This document shows, piece by piece, positions 52,348-62,012 of a stretch of 64,000 nt of DNA. Source of the DNA: Nannocystis bainbridge (GTDB taxonomy: Bacteria > Myxococcota_A > Polyangia > Nannocystales > Nannocystaceae); assembly GCF_028368995.1 (NCBI RefSeq), contig NZ_JAQNDL010000002.1, forward strand, positions 481,724 to 545,723. Direction: 5' to 3'. Made by a program: the position numbers and the translations under genes. Under the pieces are notes generated by a model, which saw nothing but the letters and a program-made list of their open reading frames with translations, was not told where the DNA came from and searched no databases. Numbering within the stretch: position 1 is the stretch's first letter; each line of letters starts with the position of its first letter.

Positions 52348-54348
52348 ATGACCGACGATCGCACCGGCAACGACATCGACCTCGCGCCCGCGGCCGCCGC
52401 CTCGCGCGACACGACCCAGAGCAACTGGTCGGAGACGATCAGCTTCACGCCCGCGACGGCCGCGTCGCCGCGCTGCCTCGTGGAGCTGCGCGAGCTCGTG
52501 CGAGCGGCCCACGCCGCGCGCAAGCAGGTGCGCGCGCGCGGCAGCGGCCACTCGTGGAACCCGGCGATCGTGACCGCCGATACCTCGGTGAACACCAGCC
52601 TGCTGGCCCCCAACGACGAGCACGTGTGCGGCGGGTCGGGGACCGGCAATTGCCTCGAGATCTTTCATTCGACGGTGACCGGCGCCGACGGTCGCACGTA
52701 TCGGCGGATCAGCGTGCCCGCCGGCATGTGCCAGGGCGATTTCGCAAGGTTGGCGCAGCAGCTCGGCGCGCCGCTGCCGACCCAGGGTCCGGCGCCCGAC
52801 ATCACCCTCAGCGGCTTCGTGGCCAACGGCTGCCACGGCACCGGCTGGTCCGAGCCGACCATCGCCGAGCTGGTCTACGGCCTCGACGTGGTGGGGCCTG
52901 ACGGCAGCGTGCTCAGCTTCACCGCCGATTCGAGCCCGCCGGGGTTCGAGGCGCTGGGGCTCGATCCGGCCGCGCTGATGAACGTCGTGCGCGTGAACCA
53001 GGGCGCGCTCGGGGTGCTGGCGCGCATCGTGTTCCAGCTGCCGGCCGAGCCGTTCAACCTGCGCGTCTCGAACGCGTTCGTGCCGGTGACCGACGTGTTC
53101 GACCGCGCCGATCCATCCAAGCTGCAGCGCCTGATCGAGGGCCACGATTACGTCGAGATTTTTTGGTTCCCCTACAATAATTATACGATGAAGGGGCTCA
53201 CCCCGGTGCCCGCGGGGCCGGAGCAGGACACGCTGTGGGTGATGATGCTCGACCGCACGAGCGAGCCGGTCAGCGGCGACGCGACCTTCGTCGATCTGTG
53301 GAACGACGCATTCGGGGTGTTGGCCCTGGCCGGTGGGGCGATCGGCCCCGTCATCGATCGCCTGCCGCGGGTGGTGCCGGCGATGTCGAACTTCGCGCTG
53401 CACACGATGAAGTGGAAGAACCACTTCAGCGACCCGGTCGTGCTGAGCCCGCCCGACGCGTTCCTGTATCAGAAACACTACTTCCGCAGCTTCCTCGACC
53501 TCGAGTTCACGCTGCCGATGGACGGGGCGCAGGGCTTCGCCGACGTGGTTGCGGCGTTCTATCAGTTGGTCGATCGCATGGAGGCGTGGCGCAGCGGCAG
53601 CGAGGGCGACGCCGAGTACCCGATCAACCTCAACGCCCACGCGCGGTTCGTCCGCAACAGCCAGGCGACGCTGTCGCCCGCGTTCGCGCCGGCCGGCTCG
53701 TCGCAGCACACCTGCTACTTCGAGTACCTCAGCTACTCGCACGGCGATCTGACCGACCACTACCTGGCGTTCAACCGCGAGTTCTACAAGCCGGCGCACG
53801 GGCTCGGCTGGAAGAAGTGGGGCGGCCTGCCCAATTGGGGCAAGTACCTGGGGAGCGTGCCGGGCATCGACGAATACGTGCACACGATCCTGGCGGCGAA
53901 GACCGGGGCGGAGCCGAGCCGACTCGAGCAGTTCCTGGCGGTGCGCGACCGCATCGATCCGGACGGGGCGACGTTCACCAACGATTACCTGCGCGGCTTC
54001 TTCAGCGGGCAGGCGGTGGCCGGCGAGACGCGGCTGCGCGGGGCGCCTGCGGGGCGCTTTTTGGCCATGCCGGCCGTGCCGCCGCGCCGGGCGTTCCCGC
54101 TGGCCAACGTCGAACACGCGACGCCGACGCGGCCGATGCAGGCGGAGAGCATGGAGCTCTATCACGACCTGGCGGCCGGGGCGGCGTTCCTGCTCAACGA
54201 GCACGGCGAGGTCAACCTGCTGGCGCTCGAGCACGATCCTTCGACGGGGCTGCTGCACTACGTGCCGGCGTCGCCGTCGCAGCACCTGGGCTTCGAGGAG
54301 ATCCTCGACCGGGTGGCGCGGTTCCATGCGCCGCTGCGGGCGGTGTGA
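52348..54348 (+). CDS. FAD-linked oxidase of the PCMH-type / D-arabinono-1,4-lactone (gulonolactone) oxidase family
   Basis: GGAGGA RBS. 'RARGSGHSWNP' (covalent-FAD GxGHS motif). ALO-type C-terminal domain. 666 aa. Confidence 0.65.
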   Translation: MTDDRTGNDIDLAPAAAASRDTTQSNWSETISFTPATAASPRCLVELRELVRAAHAARKQVRARGSGHSWNPAIVTADTSVNTSLLAPNDEHVCGGSGTGNCLEIFHSTVTGADGRTYRRISVPAGMCQGDFARLAQQLGAPLPTQGPAPDITLSGFVANGCHGTGWSEPTIAELVYGLDVVGPDGSVLSFTADSSPPGFEALGLDPAALMNVVRVNQGALGVLARIVFQLPAEPFNLRVSNAFVPVTDVFDRADPSKLQRLIEGHDYVEIFWFPYNNYTMKGLTPVPAGPEQDTLWVMMLDRTSEPVSGDATFVDLWNDAFGVLALAGGAIGPVIDRLPRVVPAMSNFALHTMKWKNHFSDPVVLSPPDAFLYQKHYFRSFLDLEFTLPMDGAQGFADVVAAFYQLVDRMEAWRSGSEGDAEYPINLNAHARFVRNSQATLSPAFAPAGSSQHTCYFEYLSYSHGDLTDHYLAFNREFYKPAHGLGWKKWGGLPNWGKYLGSVPGIDEYVHTILAAKTGAEPSRLEQFLAVRDRIDPDGATFTNDYLRGFFSGQAVAGETRLRGAPAGRFLAMPAVPPRRAFPLANVEHATPTRPMQAESMELYHDLAAGAAFLLNEHGEVNLLALEHDPSTGLLHYVPASPSQHLGFEEILDRVARFHAPLRAV

Positions 54349-54361
54349 GGACGAGTCCCGA

Positions 54362-54395
54362 AGGACATGTCGTAAAGGGCATGTCCTTGGGGGCT
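54362..54395. repeat. CATG-core palindrome pair, identical to units in the 16.9-kb array
   Basis: GGACATGTCGTAAAGGGCATGTCC begins 14 bp after the stop at 54348. The same 24-mer occurs at about 16978 and 17045. Confidence 0.85.
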
Positions 54396-54515
54396 TGTGA
54401 TTGGGGCTCCCGAACGACGCGAGGTGAAGTGGTTGTGGCGGCGAGCCGCGAAGCGGGCGGCTCCCGCGCGCGTGGCCGTGCGAAACTTCGCGGGTGGCGG
54501 GGCGTTCGCAAGGGC

Positions 54516-54824
54516 ATGCCCGTCCGCGCGCTGCTCGCCCTCGTCCTGGTCTCGATCGCCTGCGGCCACGCCCGCGGCAGAGAGGTGGCAGAGACGCCCG
54601 GGCTGGCAGAGCAGCCGCAGCCGGCGGAGGTCGAGGCCGCTGCGCCAGCGCCGGAGGTCGAGGCCGCTGGGCCGGGGTCGGAGCATGCGAGCGCGCAGGT
54701 GATCACGTTCAGCGGCGACGATGCGGATCCAGAGCCGTCGACGCAGATCCGCAGCCCGCCGAAGCGGCCGCCGATCCCGAGCTTCCAGCTGTACGGCACG
54801 CGGCCGACCGACGGGCCGCGGTGA
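54516..54824 (+). CDS. Small lipoprotein with Pro/Glu/Ala-rich tail
   Basis: 'LALVLVSIACG' lipobox. 102 aa. Confidence 0.4.
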   Translation: MPVRALLALVLVSIACGHARGREVAETPGLAEQPQPAEVEAAAPAPEVEAAGPGSEHASAQVITFSGDDADPEPSTQIRSPPKRPPIPSFQLYGTRPTDGPR

Positions 54825-54965
54825 GGCGCGCGGGGCCTTCGACCTCGAAGCGATGGGCCAGTGAGCCCCCCGTTCGCGTCGGTGGCGAACGTCCAGCCAG
54901 GGAGCTTTGCCCGAGGGCGCAGGGGAGCGGCGCGTGGGCCGGTGCGCGGCCGGGGGCTCGCGGCT

Positions 54966-56201
54966 ATGATGACGGCTCTCCTGCGCGAGCGAGCGCGCGC
55001 GCGAGGCCGAAGGAGCGACATCGTGAGCGTGTCCGTCAACCCTCCCAAGACGCCGGTGACCGCGGGCAGCAGCGGCGTGGCCGCCGCGACGGTGCCGAAC
55101 GTGTGCAAGATGCCCGGGCCGCCGGCGCCGTTCGTGCCGACGCCGCTGCCCAACATCGGCAAGAGCGGCGACTCGCCGAAGGGTTATTCGCAGCAGGTCC
55201 GGATCGCCGGCAAGAAGGTGGCGATCAAGGGCGCGAGCTTCGGCTCGACCGGCGACATGGCGAGCAAGGCGACCGGCGGCGGGATCGTGTCGAACAACAC
55301 GCACGGGCCGACGAAGTTCGTCGGGCCCGGATCGATGGACGTCAAGATCGAGGGCAAGAACGTGCAGCTGCTGAGCGACCCGATGCTCAACAACTGCGGA
55401 CCGAGCGGGACGCCCGCGAACGCGGCGACGCTGCTCGGGGTGATCCAAACCAGCGGGATGGTGACAGCGGTGGAAGCCGGGCCGTGCCCGATCTGCGAGA
55501 AGAGCCACGGAGAGCTGAGCGAGTCGCCGCAGACGAAGCTCGACGCAGGGGGGCTGGCTGCGAGATTCGAGGCGGAGGTCCGGCCGATCATCGACGAGGT
55601 GGAGGCGCGAGGCCCGGACGACAAGCTGCCCGTGAGCACGATGCTCGGAATCGTGGCGTGCAAATGCGGGAAGAAATACGCGGACCAGTCGGCGGCGACG
55701 ACCATCGAGTTCTGCAAGGCAGCCGAGGGGATGAAGCACCCGGCGGACGTGACGCTGTCGTATCGCCACGGAAGGCCGGTGCTCGACAGGGCCTATCTGG
55801 AGTCTCTCAAGACGGTGCGGGAGCGGATCGGCGCGCACCTCGGGAACTCGCCGCTCTTTCGCGAGACCTGGGAGGATGCCAGTCAGCGCGCTGCAGAGAG
55901 TGACAGGCAGCGGTCGGGGCCAGCCGCTTACCCGCCCGGCACTTGCGCAGCGCAGAAGACGCTCCTGTTGCTGATGGACGACGGCGCCCTGGCGGCGGCG
56001 ATGACGGAGAAGTGGTACAGCAGCAGGAAGAGCAAGACGCAGGCGCCGATCCGGTATGTGGATGCTCGCGGCGGCGCGCGTATGGAGGTCGTCGCAAAGT
56101 TCAAGCACGGCGACACGGTGCCGCCCTGCGGGGCATGCGAGCTGCTCGTGCCGTTGCTGCTCTGCGCGGGAGGTAAGGCGGAATGCGAACACAAGAGCTA
56201 G
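54966..56201 (+). CDS. Polymorphic toxin: N-terminal PAAR-like DUF4150 domain (T6SS-effector type) plus Cys/His-rich C-terminal putative toxin domain
   Basis: 'VSVNPPKTPVTAGSSGVAAATVPNVCKMPGPPAPFVPTPLPNIG...GSTGDMASKATGGGIVSNNTHGPTKFVGPGSMDVKIEGKNVQLLSDPMLNNCG' matches the DUF4150/PAAR-like architecture. C-terminus has 'CPICEKSHGE' and 'PPCGACELL' zinc-ligand-like motifs. Confidence 0.65.
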   Translation: MMTALLRERARARGRRSDIVSVSVNPPKTPVTAGSSGVAAATVPNVCKMPGPPAPFVPTPLPNIGKSGDSPKGYSQQVRIAGKKVAIKGASFGSTGDMASKATGGGIVSNNTHGPTKFVGPGSMDVKIEGKNVQLLSDPMLNNCGPSGTPANAATLLGVIQTSGMVTAVEAGPCPICEKSHGELSESPQTKLDAGGLAARFEAEVRPIIDEVEARGPDDKLPVSTMLGIVACKCGKKYADQSAATTIEFCKAAEGMKHPADVTLSYRHGRPVLDRAYLESLKTVRERIGAHLGNSPLFRETWEDASQRAAESDRQRSGPAAYPPGTCAAQKTLLLLMDDGALAAAMTEKWYSSRKSKTQAPIRYVDARGGARMEVVAKFKHGDTVPPCGACELLVPLLLCAGGKAECEHKS

Positions 56202-56938
56202 AGCCGGAGATGGAAGCGCTGTACCGCAGCCTCGTGCCTGACTTCGAAGCGCAGGTGGTCGGGGCGACGGAAGGCGAGGTGGAACATATCGAGGCGCTCG
56301 CCGGTCGGCCCTTGCCGCGGTTCTATCGCTGGTTCTTGCTGCGCATGGGAGGCCATATGGGCCCCTTCGAGTATCCGACGATCGACTTCACGGCCAAGGC
56401 GGTGCTCGCTGCCTATTCCAAACGGCTTGTTCATCCGGATTCGCGGTTCCTGATGATTGGCCATGAGGGGGACGAGATGATGCCCCTGCACGTGTTCTAC
56501 GATCTCGATTGCCTTGCACGGGACGATGCTCGCGTGACCAAGAACCACGTGCTCGGCGGCGAATTTCACCATCAGTTCGAGACCCTGCGAGAGATGTTCG
56601 CGTGGGGAAATGTCCTGGCGCTGCACGTCGAGGAGCTCGGGCAACGTTGCGTCGGCAACTTCTATGATCCCGAAGGCGATGTCCTGGCGCGCCTCGTGCC
56701 CGTCCTGACCAACCTCGGCTTCGCCAGCCCGATTGCGACCGGCTCGCATTGCGGCTTGTTTCGCGGACCGCGAGGGGCCGTGGTGACTCGCGCCACTCCC
56801 GGTCTCGAGACCGATATTCACACGTTTCGCATGGGCGCCGCCGATGCGGGCGGCCTGCGCCGGATCCTGGGCGCGATCGCTTGCGAGACGGCCCTGAAGG
56901 TCAACGTGAGAGAATGGTTCCCTCCGCTTGCGCCATAG
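56183..56938 (+). CDS. SUKH (SMI1/KNR4)-family putative immunity protein (true start may be the ATG at 56210)
   Basis: 'VEHIEALAGRPLPRFYRWFLLRMGG' resembles the SUKH N-terminal motif. Gene overlaps the 3' end of the toxin gene, as in toxin-immunity pairs. Confidence 0.5.
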   Translation: MRTQELEPEMEALYRSLVPDFEAQVVGATEGEVEHIEALAGRPLPRFYRWFLLRMGGHMGPFEYPTIDFTAKAVLAAYSKRLVHPDSRFLMIGHEGDEMMPLHVFYDLDCLARDDARVTKNHVLGGEFHHQFETLREMFAWGNVLALHVEELGQRCVGNFYDPEGDVLARLVPVLTNLGFASPIATGSHCGLFRGPRGAVVTRATPGLETDIHTFRMGAADAGGLRRILGAIACETALKVNVREWFPPLAP

Positions 56939-57177
56939 CGCGGGCGTGAAAGGCAGAATCCTGCCGGCGCCATCTCATCCTGGCGTCATGTAAGGCCGCC
57001 GCACCGTGTGCAGACCCACCATGGAACGCTGGCCCGCGTCGCTGCGGTGGGGACGTGCATTCGCGGGCCCGGCGATGCCCGCGTTTGAGCGACGTTTGCG
57101 CGCATGTGACCTGCGGATGGTGACGGCGGTGATGGCTGCGTCCGCTGGGGCGCCGGCTTGTGTATGGTGGGGGTTGT

Positions 57178-58839
57178 ATGTCCGCGCGCCGCCTCGCCCC
57201 GGTCCTCGTCTTGTTCGCCGCTTGTAGCCCGCCCACGGCCGGCGGGACCGACGACGCCAGCAGCGGCAGCGAGGCGACCGGCACGACGGCGCCGACGGGC
57301 ACCACCACGACTTCGAGCGGCGAGCTGCCCGATCCGACTACCACCGGCACCACGGGCGACGACAGCACCACCAGCACCAGCGAGCCGCTGCCCGAGCCGC
57401 TGGCGCCGCTCGAGGGGCCGGTGCCGCTGACCGACGAGGTGGTGCGCGTGCCGACGCACCCGGTCGACGAGGACAAGCTGCTCGACCTGCGGCTGCCGGC
57501 CGACGTGGCGACCGCGCTGGCCGAGGGCTACGGCGACGTCATGCTCGCGGCGGGCGAGCCGGTGCTGCCGCGCACGCTCGACGACGCGGAGCCGCCGACG
57601 CCGGGCGCGGCGCCGAAGCTGCTGGTGCGCTTCGTCCATCTGGCCGACACCCAGCTCGCGGACGACGAGTCGCCGGCGCGGCTGGCCTCGTTCGACGAGG
57701 TCTCGGGCGGCGCGTTTCGGCCGCAGGAGGGCCACGTGTGCCGCATGCTCAACGCGGGGGTGCGCACGATCAACGCCCTGCACGTCGACGACCCGCTCGA
57801 CTTCGTGCTGCTCGGCGGTGACAACACCGACAACGCCCAGACCAATGAGCTCGAGTGGTTCCTTGGGATCTTGAACGGGGCGCCGGCGGTCGAGTGCGAC
57901 TCGGCGATCGACGACGATCCGCTGCCGGGGCCCGACAACGATCCGAAGGACCGGTTCGCGCCGGTGGGCCTCGACGTGCCGTGGCGGTGGGTGGCCGGCA
58001 ATCATGACGTGCTGCGCCAGGGCACGTTTGGGATCCTCGACTTCAGCGAGCCGATCGGCGACGCGTCGGTCGGAGGGACCCGGGATTACGGGCAGCCGGG
58101 GGCGCCGATCGTCAAGGGCATGGTGCCGGCCGACCCGGCGCGGGCGTTCCTCACCGAGCCGGAGCAGGTCGCGTGGGTCGCGGGCGACGGCGACGGCCAC
58201 GGGCTCGACGCGGCGGCGGTCGAGCTCGGGCGGGCGTTTTACACCTTCGACGTCGCGGGCACGCCGCTGCGCTTCTTCGTCCTCAACACGTCGTCGCTGA
58301 AGGGATCGAGCCAGGGGCTGATCCGGGCGGTCGACCTCGAGGCGATCATCGGGCCGACGCTCGACCAGGCGGTGGCCGACGACAAGTGGGTGATCGTGAC
58401 GTCGCACCACCGCTCGGGCAGCCTCGGCGACGGCCAGGAGTTCGGCATCGGCACCAAGTACGACGACGCGCTGACGGCGGTGCAATGGCAGGAGTTCCTC
58501 GGCAGCTACGACAACGTGATCCTGCACCTTGCCGCGCACACGCACCGGCTGATGGTCGAGGCGATGCAGCCGGCCGGGGGCCACGCGTACTGGGAGATGG
58601 TGACGCCGTCGCTCAACGATTTCCCGTCGCAGATGCGGGTGCTCGAGGTGTGGGATCAGGACAACGGCGCGCTGACGATCCAGGCCCGCGCGTTCGACAT
58701 GATCACCGACGACGATCCGGTGGCCGAGATGGGCCGGACGCTGGCGATCGCCGACTTCACGTCGGGCTGGGAGAACGACGGCCGCGGCACCGGGCCCGAT
58801 CAGCGCAACGTGGCGCTGTGGATCGCGGCGCCGGAGTGA
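57178..58839 (+). CDS. Calcineurin-like metallophosphoesterase lipoprotein with Thr/Ser-rich linker
   Basis: 'LVLFAACS' lipobox. 'LLGGDNTDN', 'VAGNHD', 'LAAHTH' metallophosphoesterase motifs. Confidence 0.7.
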   Translation: MSARRLAPVLVLFAACSPPTAGGTDDASSGSEATGTTAPTGTTTTSSGELPDPTTTGTTGDDSTTSTSEPLPEPLAPLEGPVPLTDEVVRVPTHPVDEDKLLDLRLPADVATALAEGYGDVMLAAGEPVLPRTLDDAEPPTPGAAPKLLVRFVHLADTQLADDESPARLASFDEVSGGAFRPQEGHVCRMLNAGVRTINALHVDDPLDFVLLGGDNTDNAQTNELEWFLGILNGAPAVECDSAIDDDPLPGPDNDPKDRFAPVGLDVPWRWVAGNHDVLRQGTFGILDFSEPIGDASVGGTRDYGQPGAPIVKGMVPADPARAFLTEPEQVAWVAGDGDGHGLDAAAVELGRAFYTFDVAGTPLRFFVLNTSSLKGSSQGLIRAVDLEAIIGPTLDQAVADDKWVIVTSHHRSGSLGDGQEFGIGTKYDDALTAVQWQEFLGSYDNVILHLAAHTHRLMVEAMQPAGGHAYWEMVTPSLNDFPSQMRVLEVWDQDNGALTIQARAFDMITDDDPVAEMGRTLAIADFTSGWENDGRGTGPDQRNVALWIAAPE

Positions 58840-58988
58840 CGGCGAGTCTGTCCTGAAGGACATGTGCCTCGTCCCGCCGGGCTTCGAGCGCTCCGCCGGT
58901 GCATCGGCGCGCGGTTCGGCCCACCTCGCTCTACCGAGGTTCGCTGGCCGCGATTGCGCGTCCGTGGCATCTTGAGCGAGAGGTCGTG

Positions 58989-60104
58989 ATGCGAGTCCTG
59001 CACGCCATTCGCACCCCGTGGGCGCCCTATTCGCTGATGTTCGCCAACGACGGGACGCGGCTCGCGGTCGGGGGCGGGGCCTGGTACGGGGAGGGTGGGA
59101 TCTCGCTCGCGCGCCTCGACAGCGGGGAGGTGGCGGTCACGCCGATGGGGCCGCAGCGCGGCTACGGGCCGCCGTCGGTCGCCGGTGTCTATTTTTCGGC
59201 CGACGATCGCTACCTGGTGGCGGTGACCCGTGGATCGAGCTTGGGGCCGGGTCCGACGATCCTGTTCGCCGTCGACGGGCTGTCGATCGGCCGCGCGGCC
59301 GCGTTCGAGCCCGCCGGACAGCGGAGGATGGGAGACCCCTGCGCGACGGGGGCGATGATGGCGGGCGAATCGACGATCGTGCGCCACTGGGCGAGCTCGG
59401 TCGAGCAGTGCATCGCCGTGCGGCGGTTCTCGCCGCGCTTCGCCTGCCGCGCCGACGATCGCCGGCATCACCTCACGCACAGCCGCGTGGTGGTGCGGCG
59501 CGGGCGGGCGCTCACCGGCGGCGGCGGCTCGCTCGCGCTGGCCGAGTGGCGCGCGGACAGCGGGTTGCGCGAGTCGGGGAGAGCCGCAGAGGGATTGATC
59601 TCGGCGCCGCTCGCCGGCGAGGGGCCGTGCGAGACCATCCCCATCGAAGGTTGTCCGCGGGTGACGGCGATCGCGGCGCTGCCGGGCGAGGACGGGTTTC
59701 TGACCGGCGGCCTGCGGGGCGAGCTCGATCGCTGGTCGTGGGCCGAGACGCTGCGACAGGAGCGGCTGGCGGTCCCGGGCGCGCCGCTCGCGAACATCGA
59801 GCCGGCGCTGCCGACGACGCCGAAGGTGCAGGAGGCTGTGGCGGCGTTGGCGTGGGCGACGTACACCCGCGACAGCGTGGTGGCGATCTGCACGCTGCAC
59901 GACGAGACGCGGTGGGTCAGCGTCGACGCGGGCGGGCGGCTGCGGCTGTGGCAGGGCGCGCAGCAGCTCGGGGCGTGGACGCTGCCGGCTCCGGGCACGC
60001 CGAGGTCGCTGGCCGCCCACCCGAGCGAGCCTTGGATCGCGGTGGGCATCAAGCAGGGCGGCTTCGGCCACCCGAGCTCGCTGGTGCTGGTCCTGGAGCT
60101 CTGA
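58989..60104 (+). CDS. Hypothetical cytoplasmic protein, possibly WD40/beta-propeller-like
   Basis: 371-aa ORF with coding GC3 and repeated 'RLAVGGG / LVAVT / WVSVDAGGRLRLW' strand-like segments. Confidence 0.45.
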   Translation: MRVLHAIRTPWAPYSLMFANDGTRLAVGGGAWYGEGGISLARLDSGEVAVTPMGPQRGYGPPSVAGVYFSADDRYLVAVTRGSSLGPGPTILFAVDGLSIGRAAAFEPAGQRRMGDPCATGAMMAGESTIVRHWASSVEQCIAVRRFSPRFACRADDRRHHLTHSRVVVRRGRALTGGGGSLALAEWRADSGLRESGRAAEGLISAPLAGEGPCETIPIEGCPRVTAIAALPGEDGFLTGGLRGELDRWSWAETLRQERLAVPGAPLANIEPALPTTPKVQEAVAALAWATYTRDSVVAICTLHDETRWVSVDAGGRLRLWQGAQQLGAWTLPAPGTPRSLAAHPSEPWIAVGIKQGGFGHPSSLVLVLEL

Positions 60105-60139
60105 GCGCCGAGGCTCGTCGGCGACGGACGACGCGGATG

Positions 60140-60215
60140 ACATGGCGATTCGGACATGCTTATTCGAGCATGTCCGAATCGACATGGTTTCGAGGGCATG
60201 TCCTTCGGGACATTC
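60140..60215. repeat. CATG-core palindrome cluster including a perfect 28-bp palindrome TCGGACATGCTtattcGAGCATGTCCGA
   Basis: GACATGGC, GGACATGC, GCATGTCC, GACATGGT, GGCATGTCC, GGACATTC between convergent genes. Confidence 0.8.
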
Positions 60216-60309
60216 GACGCTCGCGGCGAGAACGAGCCGAGGAGCAGGTCGTGCTGGCCCTTGGAGCTCTTGGGGCCGCCGCCGCGGGTCGCGGGCGCGA
60301 CGACGGGCG

Positions 60310-61671
60310 TCACGCAGGATCGGTGACGCGGCCGTAGAACAGCAGCACGCCGCTCCGCACGTCGCGGATGTAGAACAGGAACGGGCGGTCGACCAGGAAC
60401 GGGGTCGGGCTGGTCGGTGCGCCGCCCACGGCGATCTCGATCGCGCTGGGCGGCGAGCCGTCGGCGCCGCGCTCCTCGACGGTGAGGCGCGCCCGGTGGT
60501 GCACGGCTTCGAGCGCCAGCTTCTTCTCGCTGGCCATCGCGTCGAGCTCCGCGCGGCGGGCGTCGAACACCCGCGCGGCCCCGAGCTTGGCGACCACCGG
60601 GGCCAGGTCGAGGGTGCTGTCGAGGCTGAAGCGCGGCATTTGGAGGTCGATCGGGGCCGGCTTGGCGGCGTCGATCCAGCCCTGCAGCCGCTCGTAGTCG
60701 AAGCCCTTCTCGACGTCCTCGAGGCCGCCGCGGGTCGAGGGCAGGAGGATGATCATGCTGTACTCGCCGCCCCGGTACGGCAGCTCGAGCAAGCGCAGCT
60801 TGCCGGCCAGGCCCAAAGTGGTGGAGAGGCGCTGGACGCTGCGCATCATCGGCACCGGCTCCTTGCGTTGGTGGCCGTAGAACAGCACCGGCTCGGTCGC
60901 CTTCGGGTCGAAGGGCTCGAGCCAGTCGGCCTTGAAGGCGGCGACGTCGGTGACGAGCAGGCGGGTGGCGGCGGTCAGGGCCTCGGGGCTGAGGATCTGG
61001 TCGATCGCGGCGTCGGTCTCCTCGCGGGCCCAGCCGTTGATGTGATCGCGCGCGCCGACGAGGTCGCCGGCGAAGTCGAGCGTGCCGAGCGGCGATGCGA
61101 AGACCTTGCGGGTGAGGTCGAGGTACTCGGGCTTGAAGTCGTGGCTGCGATCGCCGAACACCCGGCTGGCGGTGACGAGGCTGACGTGAGCGCTGGGGTG
61201 ATTCCAGCGAGCGGCGAGGTGGGCCAGGGCGGTGTGGACATCGCCGGTCAGGCCGTCGAGGTGGAGGACGTCGGCCAGTTCGCGCTCGGTGGCCCCGCTG
61301 GCGCCGGCGTGCAACATCGCCAGGGCGACCGAGACGCTCATGCCCGAGAAGAGCAGGTTGCCGGGCTGCTTGGCGAGCTTGCGCTGGAGGTCGATGGTGA
61401 GCTCGTTGATGCTGCGACCGAGAGCCTGCTTGAGCTCGGCGTTGTGGCCCTTGACGACCGGCGCAGGCGCGGGCTTGACCGGCTCGGAGGGCGGGGCCTC
61501 GGCGGCGAGCACGGTCCTGTCGGCGGCCGGCGTGGGGGTCGGCGGCGCGGTGGGGATGGCGGCCGGGGCGGCGACGGTGGCGAGCGGGGCGGGCTCCGAG
61601 GGCGCCGCCGTGGTGTCGCAAGCGACCAGGGCGACGCAGACGAACAAGAGGCGGGGGTCTCGCTGCGACAT
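60310..61671 (-). CDS. Serpin (serine protease inhibitor) family lipoprotein
   Basis: C-terminal serpin signature 'FLVDRPFLFYIRDVRSGVLLFYGRVTDP'. Hinge/reactive-centre-loop region 'GADGSPPSAIEIAVGGAP'. 'LLFVCVALVACD' lipobox. Confidence 0.75.
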   Translation of the reverse strand: MSQRDPRLLFVCVALVACDTTAAPSEPAPLATVAAPAAIPTAPPTPTPAADRTVLAAEAPPSEPVKPAPAPVVKGHNAELKQALGRSINELTIDLQRKLAKQPGNLLFSGMSVSVALAMLHAGASGATERELADVLHLDGLTGDVHTALAHLAARWNHPSAHVSLVTASRVFGDRSHDFKPEYLDLTRKVFASPLGTLDFAGDLVGARDHINGWAREETDAAIDQILSPEALTAATRLLVTDVAAFKADWLEPFDPKATEPVLFYGHQRKEPVPMMRSVQRLSTTLGLAGKLRLLELPYRGGEYSMIILLPSTRGGLEDVEKGFDYERLQGWIDAAKPAPIDLQMPRFSLDSTLDLAPVVAKLGAARVFDARRAELDAMASEKKLALEAVHHRARLTVEERGADGSPPSAIEIAVGGAPTSPTPFLVDRPFLFYIRDVRSGVLLFYGRVTDPA

Positions 61672-61944
61672 GAAGAAGGATGGTGCCGCAAGTCGCCGCG
61701 CACGAGCGCGCCTGCGAGGGGCTGTCGCCTGGCAGGACGGCGACGGGGGGCTGCGCGCCCAGGCGCGGGCGACAGGGCGCCAGGTCACCGGACTCAGCCG
61801 CGCGCGGCCATCGTGCGTGGGGGCGTGCAGCCTCGAAGGTCGCGATTGCGCGTGCGGCCGCCGGGCCTTTTAAACGGCCGATCGGGGCCGATCCGGGTGA
61901 TCGCGCCGTGAGGACCTCGGCGTGGGATCATGGCTTTTTGGACA

Positions 61945-62010
61945 GGTTGAGGCGAGCGGGAAGACCTGGCCTTCTGGACATGCTGTCTCATGGGACATGT
62001 CGATCGTCGG
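61945..62010. repeat. CATG-core palindrome cluster (degenerate)
   Basis: GGACAGGT, GACCTGGCC, GGACATGC, GGGACATGTC immediately downstream of the stop of the 62013..62999 gene (minus strand). Confidence 0.6.
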
Positions 62011-62012
62011 GC

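Noticed and set aside
54966-56201. Calling the toxin C-terminus a nucleic-acid deaminase
   Set aside because: HxE and PCxxC motifs are present but about 200 residues apart, versus about 25-40 in known deaminase folds. It is left as an unassigned zinc-motif toxin domain.
56198-56821. 207-aa minus-strand ORF overlapping the SUKH-like gene
   Set aside because: It lies antisense to a gene with a recognisable immunity-protein motif and has no features of its own. It is most likely a shadow ORF.
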